Assembly (NCBI GenBank): GCA_963729625.1
Contig: CAVSOU010000011.1
Location: forward strand, 768,001-832,000
DNA length: 64,000 bases
Direction of reading: 5' to 3'
From: an uncultured bacterium
GTDB taxonomy: Bacteria; Chloroflexota; UBA5177; JANWHV01
This document shows, one piece after another, positions 10,559 through 20,654 of the stretch. Each line of letters opens with the position of its first letter. The first letter of the stretch is position 1. Both the position numbers and the translations under genes were made by a program. The notes beneath the pieces were generated by a model. It was not told the origin of the DNA. It searched no databases and worked only from the letters and a program-made list of their open reading frames with translations.

Positions 10559-10958
10559 TGTGGACAGCCACGGACATCGAGTTCACCAGCCGACCTCGCA
10601 TTCAGCCACTCACTGATTGTCCGTTCCTTGCATGGCGAGCGTGCCGTGGGCGCGCTTATCCAGCCCAACCAGATGCAATACCAGCAACCCAGAGCGCTTC
10701 CCCTGCCATATCTGTGCACAGAAACGAGTCCACCAAGTGACCGCCGAGATCACGTCATGCTGTTGCCGGCCGGTCCGTCACGTTTGTGGCGTCCTGACGC
10801 TGGTGTTCGGTGGCGCCGATGGGAAGACGTACGAGTGGGCAGCGCTGTTCCTCGGGGCGGCGGCGCTGGCATGCGCGGCCGGCTACTGGGAGCTGACCAT
10901 TGCCCGCTCAGCATGTCCCAGAACCAGAGCTTGCGCTGTAACTCGACAGGAGATTGAA

Positions 10959-11132
10959 ATGCCAAAGCAGATACCAATTGTACTGTACGTTGTGGTGATG
11001 ATTGCCGTCGTCGTGAGTGTCGATATATTGTTCTTGAGGCAGCACTTCTGGGCACGGCTGCTCGTGAACATCGGCATTGTCGGGGTGTTTGGAGCCTTCT
11101 ATTTGAGATTCCTGAAGAACTCGGGGGCGTGA
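10959..11132 (+). CDS. Small 57-aa two-TM membrane protein
   Basis: SD AGGAGA, then MPKQIPIVLYVVVMIAVVVSVDILFLRQHFWARLLVNIGIVGVFGAFYLRFLKNSGA. Two hydrophobic helices. Confidence 0.7.
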   Translation: MPKQIPIVLYVVVMIAVVVSVDILFLRQHFWARLLVNIGIVGVFGAFYLRFLKNSGA

Positions 11133-11251
11133 TAACGATTCTTCACGTACCTGGCCATGTGCCGTGTTTCACGCGTTGCCATGGGCAGTTCCTAATTGCA
11201 CTGCTACACAGGCGTGGGTGGCACCACATGTAAACTTCGACACATAATCCA

Positions 11252-11289
11252 TGCAAGTACTTGCACGCATCTCCCACCTGCGCTAGGAT
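11252..11289 (+). promoter_or_regulatory. Promoter and palindromic operator upstream of TetR-MMPL
   Basis: Perfect palindrome TGCAAGTACTTGCA (11252-11265) overlaps TTGCAC-N17-TAGGAT (11261-11289). Confidence 0.55.
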
Positions 11290-11346
11290 TATGCCTGGCT
11301 CAGCAGTTCGCTGGCCGCCACGCACCAGCTCAGCGACGTGAGAACA

Positions 11347-11937
11347 ATGCCCGCCAACAAGACAACTAAGGATAGGCTTCTGCACGCGTTTCTCGACCTC
11401 GTTGTCGAGCATGGCTATGAAGGTTCGACCACACGCGCAGTGGCCGATGCCGCCGGGGTCAACGAGGTCACGCTCTTCCGTCACTTCGGTGACAAGGCGT
11501 CCCTGGCACGGGCGGCCTTCAAGGTGATCTCGCCCGATGCCGCATTGATCAGCTACGATCCCAAAGTCGATGCATCCGATCCAGCCAGGGCGGCAGCCGA
11601 CCTGGCTGCCTGCCTGCTCTTCTTGCGCGACCGCCTGCGCGAGTATCCCTTGATGGTCAATCCGGTGCTGCGTGAGCTGGCGCACCGGATAGGCCGCGGC
11701 TACGACAGGGAAGCCGTCCCAGGACCCGCGTTTGCCATCATTCAGCGGGCGCTGACGAAAGCGAAGCCCGTATTGCGCCCGGAAGTCGATATTACCGCCG
11801 CGACCCTGAGTCTTCTCGGTCTCACGGTGATCTACCTCATGGAGGAGCGATATTCGCAGAGTGTGGACATCGCCAGGGGCGATGCGCTGTTCGCCGCTGC
11901 CCTTCGACCATTGATTTGCTGGAATCCCGGCGTCTGA
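11347..11937 (+). CDS. TetR/AcrR family transcriptional regulator
   Basis: N-terminal HTH GYEGSTTRAVADAAGVNEVTLFRHFGDK. Confidence 0.92.
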   Translation: MPANKTTKDRLLHAFLDLVVEHGYEGSTTRAVADAAGVNEVTLFRHFGDKASLARAAFKVISPDAALISYDPKVDASDPARAAADLAACLLFLRDRLREYPLMVNPVLRELAHRIGRGYDREAVPGPAFAIIQRALTKAKPVLRPEVDITAATLSLLGLTVIYLMEERYSQSVDIARGDALFAAALRPLICWNPGV

Positions 11938-11962
11938 TTCGCTGGATTCCTCAGGAGGTGAT

Positions 11963-14278
11963 ATGGAGCCCTTTTTCACGGCACTGGCTCGCTTCTGCGT
12001 CCGCTTCAAGTACCCGATAGCAGTTCTCTGGATCGTGATCACGTTCGCGAGCGTCTCCTTGTTTCCCGGACTCGCGAGCGTGACCAAGGACCAAAACAGC
12101 AGCTTCTTGCCTTCGAGCGCGCCCTCTATGCAGGCGGCTCAGCTTGCCTCGCCCTGGCAGAACGTCGACTACATTTCCGGGGATATCGTCGCCGCCCGCT
12201 CCGTCGGACCCCTGACCAGGACAGACCAGACTGCCATCGACCGCCTTACGGTAATCCTGAAGACGGTGCCGCACGTCAAATCCGTGCAGGACCAGGGAGT
12301 CTCGGCCGATGGGAAGGCACGTGAGATAGCCATTCAGGCGGACGTCAACTTCAGCGGTACCGGTACGGACAAGACGCTCGTGGACACGATCCGCCACGAC
12401 TTCACCACGGTGGGCGCGCCGCCCGGCCTGCAGATGCACCTAGCCGGCGAACTGGGCATCATCGTCGACCAAGCGCAGGCGCAGTCGAGCTCGCAGGACA
12501 CGACGAGGTACCTGTCATATCTGTTCATCATCGTGCTGCTGCTCATCGCCTTCCGCGCCCTGCTGGCCCCGCTCGTCACGCTCCTGCCGGCCGCGCTCGT
12601 GCTGGCGCTCTCCGGCCCGGTGATCGCTGCCTCTACCCACCTGGGCGTGCAAGTGGGCAGCATCACGCAGGTCATCCTGATCGTGCTCATACTCGGCGCC
12701 GGTACCGACTACGGGCTCTTCCTGGTGTTTCGGGTGCGCGAGGAGCTGCGTCGCGGCCGCACGACCAGCGACGCGGTCATACACGCGCTGACCAACGTAG
12801 GCGAGACGATCAGCTTCTCCGCCTTCACCGTGATCGCCGCTATGCTCAGCCTGCTGCTCTCACAGTTCGGCTTCTATCAGGGGATGGGGCCGGCGCTGGC
12901 CATCGGCATCGGCCTGACGCTCCTTGCCGGCCTGACCTTCTTGCCGGCTGTCCTGGCCATTTTCGGTCGCGCGGTCTTCTGGCCCTCGAGCTCGAAGGCG
13001 ATATCAGGCGACAAGATCGGTCTCTGGGGCTCCGTGGCCGTGCGGGCGGTGCGCCGGCCGGTGATCACCCTCGCGGCATTGATCACAGCCTTCGTGCTGC
13101 TCGCGTGCGGCCTGGTCAACTCCCCAACCACAGGTTTTGGCGACACGGTAACCGGCCCCTCCGGCAGCGACTCCGCTGCCGGCCAGGCTCTGATCGCCGC
13201 GCACTACCCACAGACCGGCAACAGCATCTACCAGACGCTTATTCTGTTCCATTTCGATACGCCGATCTGGGGCCACCTGAACACGCTCGACGCCGTTCAG
13301 GCCGCGCTGGAGCGCAACCAGGCCTTCGCCACGCACAGCCTGAGCGGTCCGCTCAGCCCCTACGGAGCCAGGTTGACGGATAGCAAGCTGGCATCATTGC
13401 ACCGGCAACTTGGCACGGCGCAGAAGCTGCCGCCGGTGCAACCCGCCGGACTCAACAACGTCTCGCCGTTCGACTACCGGGCCTATCGCGCTACCTTCCT
13501 GTACATCAGCGCCGACGGCAGAACGGTCCAGTGGATAGGCTTGCTCAAGTACAACAACACCGGCAGCAGCCACGATCTGAACCAGGTGCCGGTGGTTCGG
13601 GACAGTGTGAGCGGGCTCGGGCGGCAGGTCGGAGCTACGCAGACAGGTATCTTCAGCCAGATGTCGTTCTCCTATGACGTCAGCTCGCTTTCCAACGAGG
13701 ATCTCCACCACATCATTCCTTTCGTGGCGGTGGTCATCGCCATACTGCTCTCAGTCGTCCTGCGCAGCCTGCTGGCCCCGCTCTACCTGGTGGTCAGCGT
13801 CGTGCTGTCGTATCTGGCGGCGCTCGGCTTGTCCGCCTATGTCTTCGTGCATCTCGGTCCCGATTCCGGACTCAACTTCGTGCTGCCGTTCCTGATGTTC
13901 ATCTTCCTCACGGCGTTGGGGTCGGACTACAACATTCTGGTTATGACGCGCATCCGCGAGGAGGCAAGGAAGCGGCCGCTTCGCCAGGCGGTCTGGTACG
14001 CGGTCGGCGTCAGCGGCGGCACGATCACCACGGCCGGCGCCATCCTCGCCGGAACGTTTGCCGTGTTTGCCTTTGCCGCCGGCAACCAGAGCGGCGCCGA
14101 CATGCTTCATCAGATCGGCTACGGCATCGCGGCCGGCGTGCTGATGGACACGTTCCTGATCAGGACGCTGCTCGTGCCGGCGTTCGCGAGCCTGCTCGGC
14201 CGCTGGAACTGGTGGCCATCGGCGCTCTACCACCATCAGGTGGACGACGAGCCCGAGCAGGCGGAAGGAGTCGCCTAG
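11963..14278 (+). CDS. MMPL (RND superfamily) transporter
   Basis: Two TM bundles with GAGTDYGLF...RVREE and ALGSDYNILVMTRIREE. SD AGGAGG. Confidence 0.93.
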   Translation: MEPFFTALARFCVRFKYPIAVLWIVITFASVSLFPGLASVTKDQNSSFLPSSAPSMQAAQLASPWQNVDYISGDIVAARSVGPLTRTDQTAIDRLTVILKTVPHVKSVQDQGVSADGKAREIAIQADVNFSGTGTDKTLVDTIRHDFTTVGAPPGLQMHLAGELGIIVDQAQAQSSSQDTTRYLSYLFIIVLLLIAFRALLAPLVTLLPAALVLALSGPVIAASTHLGVQVGSITQVILIVLILGAGTDYGLFLVFRVREELRRGRTTSDAVIHALTNVGETISFSAFTVIAAMLSLLLSQFGFYQGMGPALAIGIGLTLLAGLTFLPAVLAIFGRAVFWPSSSKAISGDKIGLWGSVAVRAVRRPVITLAALITAFVLLACGLVNSPTTGFGDTVTGPSGSDSAAGQALIAAHYPQTGNSIYQTLILFHFDTPIWGHLNTLDAVQAALERNQAFATHSLSGPLSPYGARLTDSKLASLHRQLGTAQKLPPVQPAGLNNVSPFDYRAYRATFLYISADGRTVQWIGLLKYNNTGSSHDLNQVPVVRDSVSGLGRQVGATQTGIFSQMSFSYDVSSLSNEDLHHIIPFVAVVIAILLSVVLRSLLAPLYLVVSVVLSYLAALGLSAYVFVHLGPDSGLNFVLPFLMFIFLTALGSDYNILVMTRIREEARKRPLRQAVWYAVGVSGGTITTAGAILAGTFAVFAFAAGNQSGADMLHQIGYGIAAGVLMDTFLIRTLLVPAFASLLGRWNWWPSALYHHQVDDEPEQAEGVA

Positions 14279-14282
14279 CGAG

Positions 14283-16904
14283 CTACGCGTCGAGTGCCGC
14301 GGGTTCCGCCTGCTCGCGTCGATGCAAGAATACGAGGCGTCCGGCCTCGACATCTACCAGCACGGTCTCTCCGCCGGCGAATTCGCCGCGAAGAACGGCC
14401 GAGGCCAGCGGATCGAGGACGCGACGCTGCAGCGCCCGCTTGAGCGGACGAGCGCCGTATATTGGATCGTAGCCTTCGTCGGCAATCAGATCCTTTGCCG
14501 CGGCTGTCAACTCCAGGCTCAGATGCCGCTCGGCCAGACGCGGCCGCAGCGTTCTGAGCTGAATCTCCACGATCTCGCCGATCTGGTCGCGCGTGAGGCT
14601 GCTAAATGTGACGACGTCGTCCACACGGTTCAGGAACTCGGGTCGGAAGTGCACACGCAGCGCGTCGTTGACGCGCCGCCGCATCTCCTCTTGGTCGAAC
14701 GTGCCAAGCTCCGCGATGTACTGGCTCCCGATATTGCTCGTCATCACGATAATGGTGTTCGTGAAATCGACCGTTCTGCCCTGACCGTCCGTGAGGCGGC
14801 CATCATCCAGCACCTGAAGGAGGACGTTGAAGACATCGGCATGCGCCTTCTCGATTTCGTCGAGAAGCAGCACACAGTAGGGCCGGCGTCGCACGGCCTC
14901 GGTAAGCTGGCCGCCTTCATCGTAACCGACGTAGCCGGGCGGGGCGCCGACGAGTCGCGACACGCTGTGCCGCTCCATGTACTCACTCATATCGATGCGG
15001 ATCATCGCGCGTTCATCGTCGAAGAGGAACTCGGCAAGCGCGCGCGCCAACTCCGTCTTGCCCACGCCAGTTGGTCCAAGGAAGATGAAGGAGCCCAGCG
15101 GCCGGTTGGGATCCTGCAGGCCGGCTCGGGCACGGCGAATGGCATTGGAGACCACGGCAATCGCCTCGTCCTGGCCCACGACGCGAAGGTGCAACTTCTC
15201 CTCCATGCCCAGGAGTTTCTGCAGCTCTGCCTCCAGGAGGCGCGTGACTGGAATGCCGGTCCAGCGGCTGACTACCGTGGCGATGTCTTCCTCGTCGACC
15301 ACTTCTTTCAGCAGGCGCTGGCCATCTCCTTCCGCGTCCACCGTGGCCTGCTTCTCGCGCAGCTCTCGCTCGAGCGCGGGAAGCACGCCATAGCGCAACT
15401 CCGCAGCCCGGTTGAGATCGTATGCGCGTTCGGCTTGCTCCATCTGCAGCTTGTTGGCCTCAATCTTCTCGCGCAGATCGCGAACTGCGGTGAGAGCGGC
15501 CTTCTCCTGCTGCCACTTCGCCTTCAGAGTGCTGCCCTCTTCGCGCAACTGCGCGAGCTCTACCTCGAGGCGCTGCAAGCGGTCGCGCGATCCGCTATCA
15601 ACTTCCTTTTGCAAGGCCTGGCGCTCGATTTCTAGCTGCATGCGCCGCCGCTCGATCTCGTCGAGCTCGATGGGCATGGAATCGATCTCCATGCGCAAGC
15701 TTGCCGCGGCTTCGTCAATCAAGTCGATGGCCTTATCGGGCAGGAATCGATCGGCAATGTAGCGGTTGGAAAGCACGGCGGCGGCCACCAGCGCCGCGTC
15801 CTTGATCTGCACGCCGTGGTGCACCTCGTACCTCTCACGGAGACCGCGCAGAATGCTGATCGTGTCCTCCACGGTTGGTTCAGTCACCAGTACCTGCTGG
15901 AAGCGCCGTTCAAGCGCGGCGTCCTGTTCGATGTTCTTCCGGTATTCGTCGAGCGTGGTCGCCCCGATGCAGTGCAGCTCGCCTCTGGCAAGCATCGGCT
16001 TGAGCAAATTGCTGGCGTCCATGGAGCCTTCCGCTTTGCCCGCGCCGACGACGGTGTGGATCTCGTCGATAAACAGGATGATGCCACCCGCGGCCTTCTG
16101 CACCTCCTGCAGCACGGCTTTGAGGCGTTCCTCGAATTCGCCCCGATACTTAGCGCCCGCGATCAGGGCGCCCATGTCCAGGGCGACGAGGCGACGATCC
16201 TTGAGGCTCTCCGGCACGTCGCCGCGGACGATTCGGGTCGCGAGTCCCTCGGCAATAGCTGTTTTGCCCACGCCGGGCTCGCCGATCAACACGGGGTTGT
16301 TCTTCGTACGCCTGGAGAGGATCTGCATGACGCGCCGGATCTCGTCGTCACGCCCGATCACCGGATCGAGCTTGCCCTCACGGGCCAGGGCCGTGAGGTC
16401 GCGCCCGTAACGATCGAGCGCCTGGTACGTTTCCTCCGCGCTGGCCGAGGCCGCGCGCTTGCCGCCACGAATGCTTTCGGCGGCTGCACGGATACGGCCG
16501 GCATCCCCGCCCGCCTGGCGCAGCAGGTCGCCGGCACGATCGCCCCGGGCCGCGCCGGCCAACGCCAGAAGCAGATGCTCCACGGCAATGTATTGGTCGC
16601 CCATCGCCCCGGCCTCGCGGTGTGCCCGCGGAAGGAGCGACCTGAAGCCGGGCGAGTAGCCAATCTGGGCGTCACCGCCGACGCGCGGCAGCCTGCCGAT
16701 TTCTTGATCGGTGCGCTTGAGCAGTCCGGCGGGATCGACGTTGGCCAGGCGGAGGATGGAGGCTGCTGGACCATCCGGCTGCGCCAGCAGCGCGCTCAGC
16801 AGGTGCAGCGTCTCTATCTCCGGATTGCCGCTCGCCGTGGCCCGATTCTGAGCGGTCAGGATCGCTTCCTGGGTCTTCTCGGTCAGTTGGTACTCATTCA
16901 TCAT
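14283..16904 (-). CDS. clpB: ATP-dependent chaperone/disaggregase ClpB
   Basis: Clp_N repeats, Walker A motifs GEPGVGKT and GPTGVGKT, long coiled-coil middle domain, pore loops KYRG and GYVG. Confidence 0.97.
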   Translation of the reverse strand: MMNEYQLTEKTQEAILTAQNRATASGNPEIETLHLLSALLAQPDGPAASILRLANVDPAGLLKRTDQEIGRLPRVGGDAQIGYSPGFRSLLPRAHREAGAMGDQYIAVEHLLLALAGAARGDRAGDLLRQAGGDAGRIRAAAESIRGGKRAASASAEETYQALDRYGRDLTALAREGKLDPVIGRDDEIRRVMQILSRRTKNNPVLIGEPGVGKTAIAEGLATRIVRGDVPESLKDRRLVALDMGALIAGAKYRGEFEERLKAVLQEVQKAAGGIILFIDEIHTVVGAGKAEGSMDASNLLKPMLARGELHCIGATTLDEYRKNIEQDAALERRFQQVLVTEPTVEDTISILRGLRERYEVHHGVQIKDAALVAAAVLSNRYIADRFLPDKAIDLIDEAAASLRMEIDSMPIELDEIERRRMQLEIERQALQKEVDSGSRDRLQRLEVELAQLREEGSTLKAKWQQEKAALTAVRDLREKIEANKLQMEQAERAYDLNRAAELRYGVLPALERELREKQATVDAEGDGQRLLKEVVDEEDIATVVSRWTGIPVTRLLEAELQKLLGMEEKLHLRVVGQDEAIAVVSNAIRRARAGLQDPNRPLGSFIFLGPTGVGKTELARALAEFLFDDERAMIRIDMSEYMERHSVSRLVGAPPGYVGYDEGGQLTEAVRRRPYCVLLLDEIEKAHADVFNVLLQVLDDGRLTDGQGRTVDFTNTIIVMTSNIGSQYIAELGTFDQEEMRRRVNDALRVHFRPEFLNRVDDVVTFSSLTRDQIGEIVEIQLRTLRPRLAERHLSLELTAAAKDLIADEGYDPIYGARPLKRALQRRVLDPLASAVLRGEFAGGETVLVDVEAGRLVFLHRREQAEPAALDA

Positions 16905-16946
16905 TCGACATCCGTACGGCGTGTATTGTATGCCGACAACTAAGCT

Positions 16947-16971
16947 TACTTGATAATCTATCTATCAAGTA
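16947..16971. promoter_or_regulatory. HAIR-like inverted repeat upstream of clpB
   Basis: Perfect TACTTGATA-N7-TATCAAGTA. Same geometry as the HspR HAIR CTTGAGT-N7-ACTCAAG. Confidence 0.65.
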
Positions 16972-17009
16972 TTCTACACCCTGGCGGGGCGCGGATCAAG
17001 GGGCGGTAT

Positions 17010-18272
17010 TCAGCCGGCGGCGGCCTGGCGATACCTTCCGATGACGGCGGCACCGAGAGTGGCGAACTCCCTGATCCGTTCCTCACCGCTGGCATAGGCC
17101 GCGTTTGGCTGTCCGTCGTCGCCCACGAAGCCTGTCTGCCCGTGCGCGGCCAGGAACTGATGGGCGGCCACCACGCAGGCGCCTTCCCAGAATATGTCCT
17201 TGAGATAATCGGGGATCGGCGTCCCGCCGGCACAGGTCGGCTCCATCGGTACCATGTCCAGCGTGTTGTGCTCTGTTCCTGCCAGCACGATCATTCCGGC
17301 CGCCCGCAGTGCCGCGGTATAGCGTTCCACTACCTCCGGCGTGTTCCGATTCGGCACCAGCTCCGTGCAGAAGATCTGCCGTGCTTGCACCGATTCGATC
17401 AGCCGGCCCACCGAACACTCGAATTCGGACATCGGTTCCATGCCGTCGGCTACGATCGTATAGCAGGGGATGCCGCCCAGTGCGAGCACCAGGTCGTATA
17501 CGTGCTGGAAGCCCACGTAGGTCTCCTGCACGAAGCCGGGCTTGCCGGCCTTGATCAGCTGTGCCCGCAGCTCGTGCTGGATGGCATTGGCATCGTCGGG
17601 CCGGGCGCTGGACGCGGCGCCAAGCACACTGGTAAGCGCGTCAGCTCGCCTGTCCACCGGCACGCGGGCGAATAGTGCTTGCTGGAAGGCCTGGGCCACG
17701 TGTCGTTCCTGCAGATACACAGGGCTGTCCGCCGACAGACCATGCCGGAGCCTGACCATGTTCTTGACCGACTCCTCGCCGATGTCGACCGCGATGCCTC
17801 CCCGCCTGAATACGGTGCTGACCATGTCAATCATGGTCGTCATGCGGGCTGCGTCGTTCCCGCGAATCACGTCGATGCGCTGCCGCGCCGCGACACTCAT
17901 CGGCTCGAATGCCGACAAGCCCTTCGCGCACAGGTACATCTTCCCTGGGTTGCCCGGATCGTTGAGTCGCACGCCGGCCTCGCGCAGATCGTCAATCATG
18001 CAAATCACTTCCAAGCCGAACAGTGGGAAGATGCCTCTATTCCTGGCCAACCGTGCGAACGGCGTGTAGACGCTCCAGTCGTAGTAGTTGCTGGCGCCGA
18101 GCACCCCTATGTCCTGCGCAGCCGATCGGTCGACAAGCTCGGCAATTGTAGCGAAGGCCGAGAAGTTTGGCGGCAGGTGAACGTGCGAGTTCACCTTCAG
18201 GCGGGGCCAGGCCCCGGAGCCCCGCGCCGCCCGCAAGTCGGCCTCGGGACCCAGTTCTCTCAGCGCGTTCAT
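17010..18272 (-). CDS. PHP-domain-like metal-dependent hydrolase, function unknown
   Basis: N-terminal NSHVH, LFGLEV, and C-terminal AGTEHN resemble PHP motifs. ATG 18272 follows GGAG. Confidence 0.6.
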   Translation of the reverse strand: MNALRELGPEADLRAARGSGAWPRLKVNSHVHLPPNFSAFATIAELVDRSAAQDIGVLGASNYYDWSVYTPFARLARNRGIFPLFGLEVICMIDDLREAGVRLNDPGNPGKMYLCAKGLSAFEPMSVAARQRIDVIRGNDAARMTTMIDMVSTVFRRGGIAVDIGEESVKNMVRLRHGLSADSPVYLQERHVAQAFQQALFARVPVDRRADALTSVLGAASSARPDDANAIQHELRAQLIKAGKPGFVQETYVGFQHVYDLVLALGGIPCYTIVADGMEPMSEFECSVGRLIESVQARQIFCTELVPNRNTPEVVERYTAALRAAGMIVLAGTEHNTLDMVPMEPTCAGGTPIPDYLKDIFWEGACVVAAHQFLAAHGQTGFVGDDGQPNAAYASGEERIREFATLGAAVIGRYRQAAAG

Positions 18273-18799
18273 CTTGGCTGCTCCGTTCCTGCAAGTGACG
18301 TCCGTTTCGCGGCCCAATGCTCATAGGCAGGGAATCGAGCGGATGCGCGCATCTTTCCCCTGGCCTTGGCGTCATCGTGCCTGGAGGGGGGGGGTGCCTC
18401 CAGCATGACAGGATCGCATGATGGCACGTGCAGCACCGTGATGTTTCAACCGGTCGACAATCCTATCGTAACGTTCTCACGCCACGATCGATGCGACGTG
18501 GCTGTGAGCAGGCGGTGGGCCGATCCCGCTGACGCTGCCGATGGAGCCTGCCAACCGGCTACGGAGTGCAAATATCGAGGGAACCTCCGCTTGAAAGCGG
18601 ATGGCAGGGCTCTCGCCGGATGAGTCAGGCCGCGATGGTAGCCGCCCGCGCCCGGATCTATCCGGTCGTCGCTTCCATCTAGATGTATCCAGAGGCTTCC
18701 TGGCACTCTGTGCAGACTTCGTGAAGCCGGCTGAGCCAGGGTGTGAGTACAGACACCGGGTGCTATACTAGGTGTTGGACCAACACGATGCGAAGGTCC

Positions 18800-18890
18800 G
18801 CCGCTAGGGGTGCGCGCAGGCGCTGAGAGGTGGCTATAAGCCATCAACCCTCTGAACCTGATCCGGCTAGTACCGGCGAAGGGAAGCCGC
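18800..18890 (+). promoter_or_regulatory. TPP riboswitch (thi-box)
   Basis: AGGGGTGC...GCTGAGAG...ACCCTCTGAACCTGATCCGGCTAGTACCGGCGAAGGGA is the canonical TPP consensus. Extended -10 TGCTATACT at 18761-18769. Confidence 0.95.
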
Positions 18891-18910
18891 AACGGCGCTC
18901 AAGGAGGATG

Positions 18911-18952
18911 GGCCGCCGGCTCCCAGCAACGGGAACCGGCGGCCTTCGTGTT
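18911..18952 (+). terminator. Expression-platform hairpin downstream of TPP aptamer
   Basis: GGCCGCCGGCTCCC / GGGAACCGGCGGCC stem followed by TTCGTGTT (weak U tract). Confidence 0.55.
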
Positions 18953-18993
18953 GCAGCAGACTCATCTGCTGCCGCCGAAAGGAGCGCCGGTCA

Positions 18994-19794
18994 ATGGCCA
19001 CGCCGTATGTCCGTGTCGAACACGTCAGCCACGCCTTCGCGCGAAGCCGGGATCCGGCCGTCGAGGCGCTGCGGGATATCTCATTCTCCGTCGAACCAGG
19101 CGAGTTCGTCAGCCTCGTAGGGCCGAGCGGCTGCGGCAAAAGCACACTCTTGCGCCTGCTGGCCGGACTTCTGCGCCCTACCGGCGGTGCTGTCGCCGTT
19201 GAGGGTGCGCCGCCCGGAGGCCTCCTCGGCGCCGCCGGTTACATGCCGCAACGCGACCTGCTTATGCCCTGGCGCTCGGTCATCGACAACGCAACCGTCG
19301 CCCTGGAGTTCGCCGGTGTTCCGCGTCGCGCGGCGCGCGAACGCGCCCGCGCGCTGCTGCCCACCTTCGGCCTCGAGGGATTCGAGCGGATGCGCCCGTC
19401 CGCTCTCTCCGGTGGCATGCGCCAACGCGTGTCGCTTCTCCGTACTGTCCTGGCCGGCCACCGTTTGCTGCTGCTCGACGAGCCCTTCGGCGCCCTCGAC
19501 GCTATCACCCGGGCCGATCTGCACGAATGGCTGGCCGGTGTTTTGGCCCAGATCGAAGCAACGGTGATTTTGGTAACACATGACCTGGAGGAGGCGGCAT
19601 ACCTCTCCGATCGCGTGTACGTGATGACCGATCGCCCGGGACGGATAGCCGCCACCGTGGCCGTGCCGATCCGCCGTCCCCGCGCCTACGAAACAACCGC
19701 CGGCAGCGAGTATGTCGACATAAAGCGGGAGCTGCTCGTGGCACTGCGCGCGTCGCGCCGGCCGCACGCCCCGGCGACTGGAGGCACCCCATGA
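18994..19794 (+). CDS. ABC ATP-binding protein (NitT/TauT class, ThiZ-like)
   Basis: GPSGCGKST, LSGGMRQR, LLLDEPF. First gene after TPP riboswitch. Confidence 0.92.
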   Translation: MATPYVRVEHVSHAFARSRDPAVEALRDISFSVEPGEFVSLVGPSGCGKSTLLRLLAGLLRPTGGAVAVEGAPPGGLLGAAGYMPQRDLLMPWRSVIDNATVALEFAGVPRRAARERARALLPTFGLEGFERMRPSALSGGMRQRVSLLRTVLAGHRLLLLDEPFGALDAITRADLHEWLAGVLAQIEATVILVTHDLEEAAYLSDRVYVMTDRPGRIAATVAVPIRRPRAYETTAGSEYVDIKRELLVALRASRRPHAPATGGTP

Positions 19795-20654
19795 GGCAGC
19801 AGGCCCGATCCCAGCCGCTGGTGGCGCCGCGGCTCAGCCGGGATTCCGCTGCCGCGCCATCGCCGAGGCCTCGCGGCGCATGGATCCGGCAGCACGGGGC
19901 CGGGTGGTTGCTTTCCGCACTGATCGTCGCCGGGTTGCTGCTCTGCTGGCAAGCGGCAATCTGGCTCGGGCATCTTGAAGAGTACATCTTGCCCACACCG
20001 TTGCAGGTAGTGCAGGCATTCGGCGAGAGCGATACGCGCAACTTGATCCTCGACAACCTTGGCCCAACGTTGACCGAGGCCGTGGCAGGCTTCGTGTTGT
20101 GCCTGGTGATCGGCGCGCTGCTCGCCGTCGCCATGTTCGCCTCGCGCGTCGTTCGCGACGGGCTCTACCCACTCCTGATTGCCTCGCAGGCAATTCCCAC
20201 CATCGCGATCGGAGCCATCCTGCTCGTTGCCCTCGGCTACGGCCCACAGCCAAAGATTGCGGTGGTCGTGCTGTACTCATTCTTCGCGGTGAGTGTCAAC
20301 GTCTACGACAGTCTGCAGTCACTCGACCCCGAGCTTCCGGCGCTGCTCCGCACGTTGGGCGCCTCGCCCTGGCAAGTGCTGTGGACCGCGCGCGTCCCGG
20401 CCGCCTTGCCAGGCTTCTTCACCGGCGCCAAGCTGGCCGCCACCTACAGCGTCTCGGGCGCGATCTACGGTGAGTGGGTGGGCGCCACCGGCGGTTTGGG
20501 ATACGCCCTGCAGATGGCAGCCAATCAGAATCATTCGCCCACGGTGCTGGCCATCGTCGTTGTGATGGCCATGCTCGGCATACTGGCATTCTCTCTTGTC
20601 GCCGTCCTCGAGCGACTGTTTGTTCCCTGGTGTCACGGAGGTTTGGATCGATGA
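19791..20654 (+). CDS. ABC permease (ThiX-like)
   Basis: Six TM segments, EAA-like LRTLGAS loop, GEWVGA. ATGA overlap with upstream gene. Confidence 0.9.
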   Translation: MRQQARSQPLVAPRLSRDSAAAPSPRPRGAWIRQHGAGWLLSALIVAGLLLCWQAAIWLGHLEEYILPTPLQVVQAFGESDTRNLILDNLGPTLTEAVAGFVLCLVIGALLAVAMFASRVVRDGLYPLLIASQAIPTIAIGAILLVALGYGPQPKIAVVVLYSFFAVSVNVYDSLQSLDPELPALLRTLGASPWQVLWTARVPAALPGFFTGAKLAATYSVSGAIYGEWVGATGGLGYALQMAANQNHSPTVLAIVVVMAMLGILAFSLVAVLERLFVPWCHGGLDR

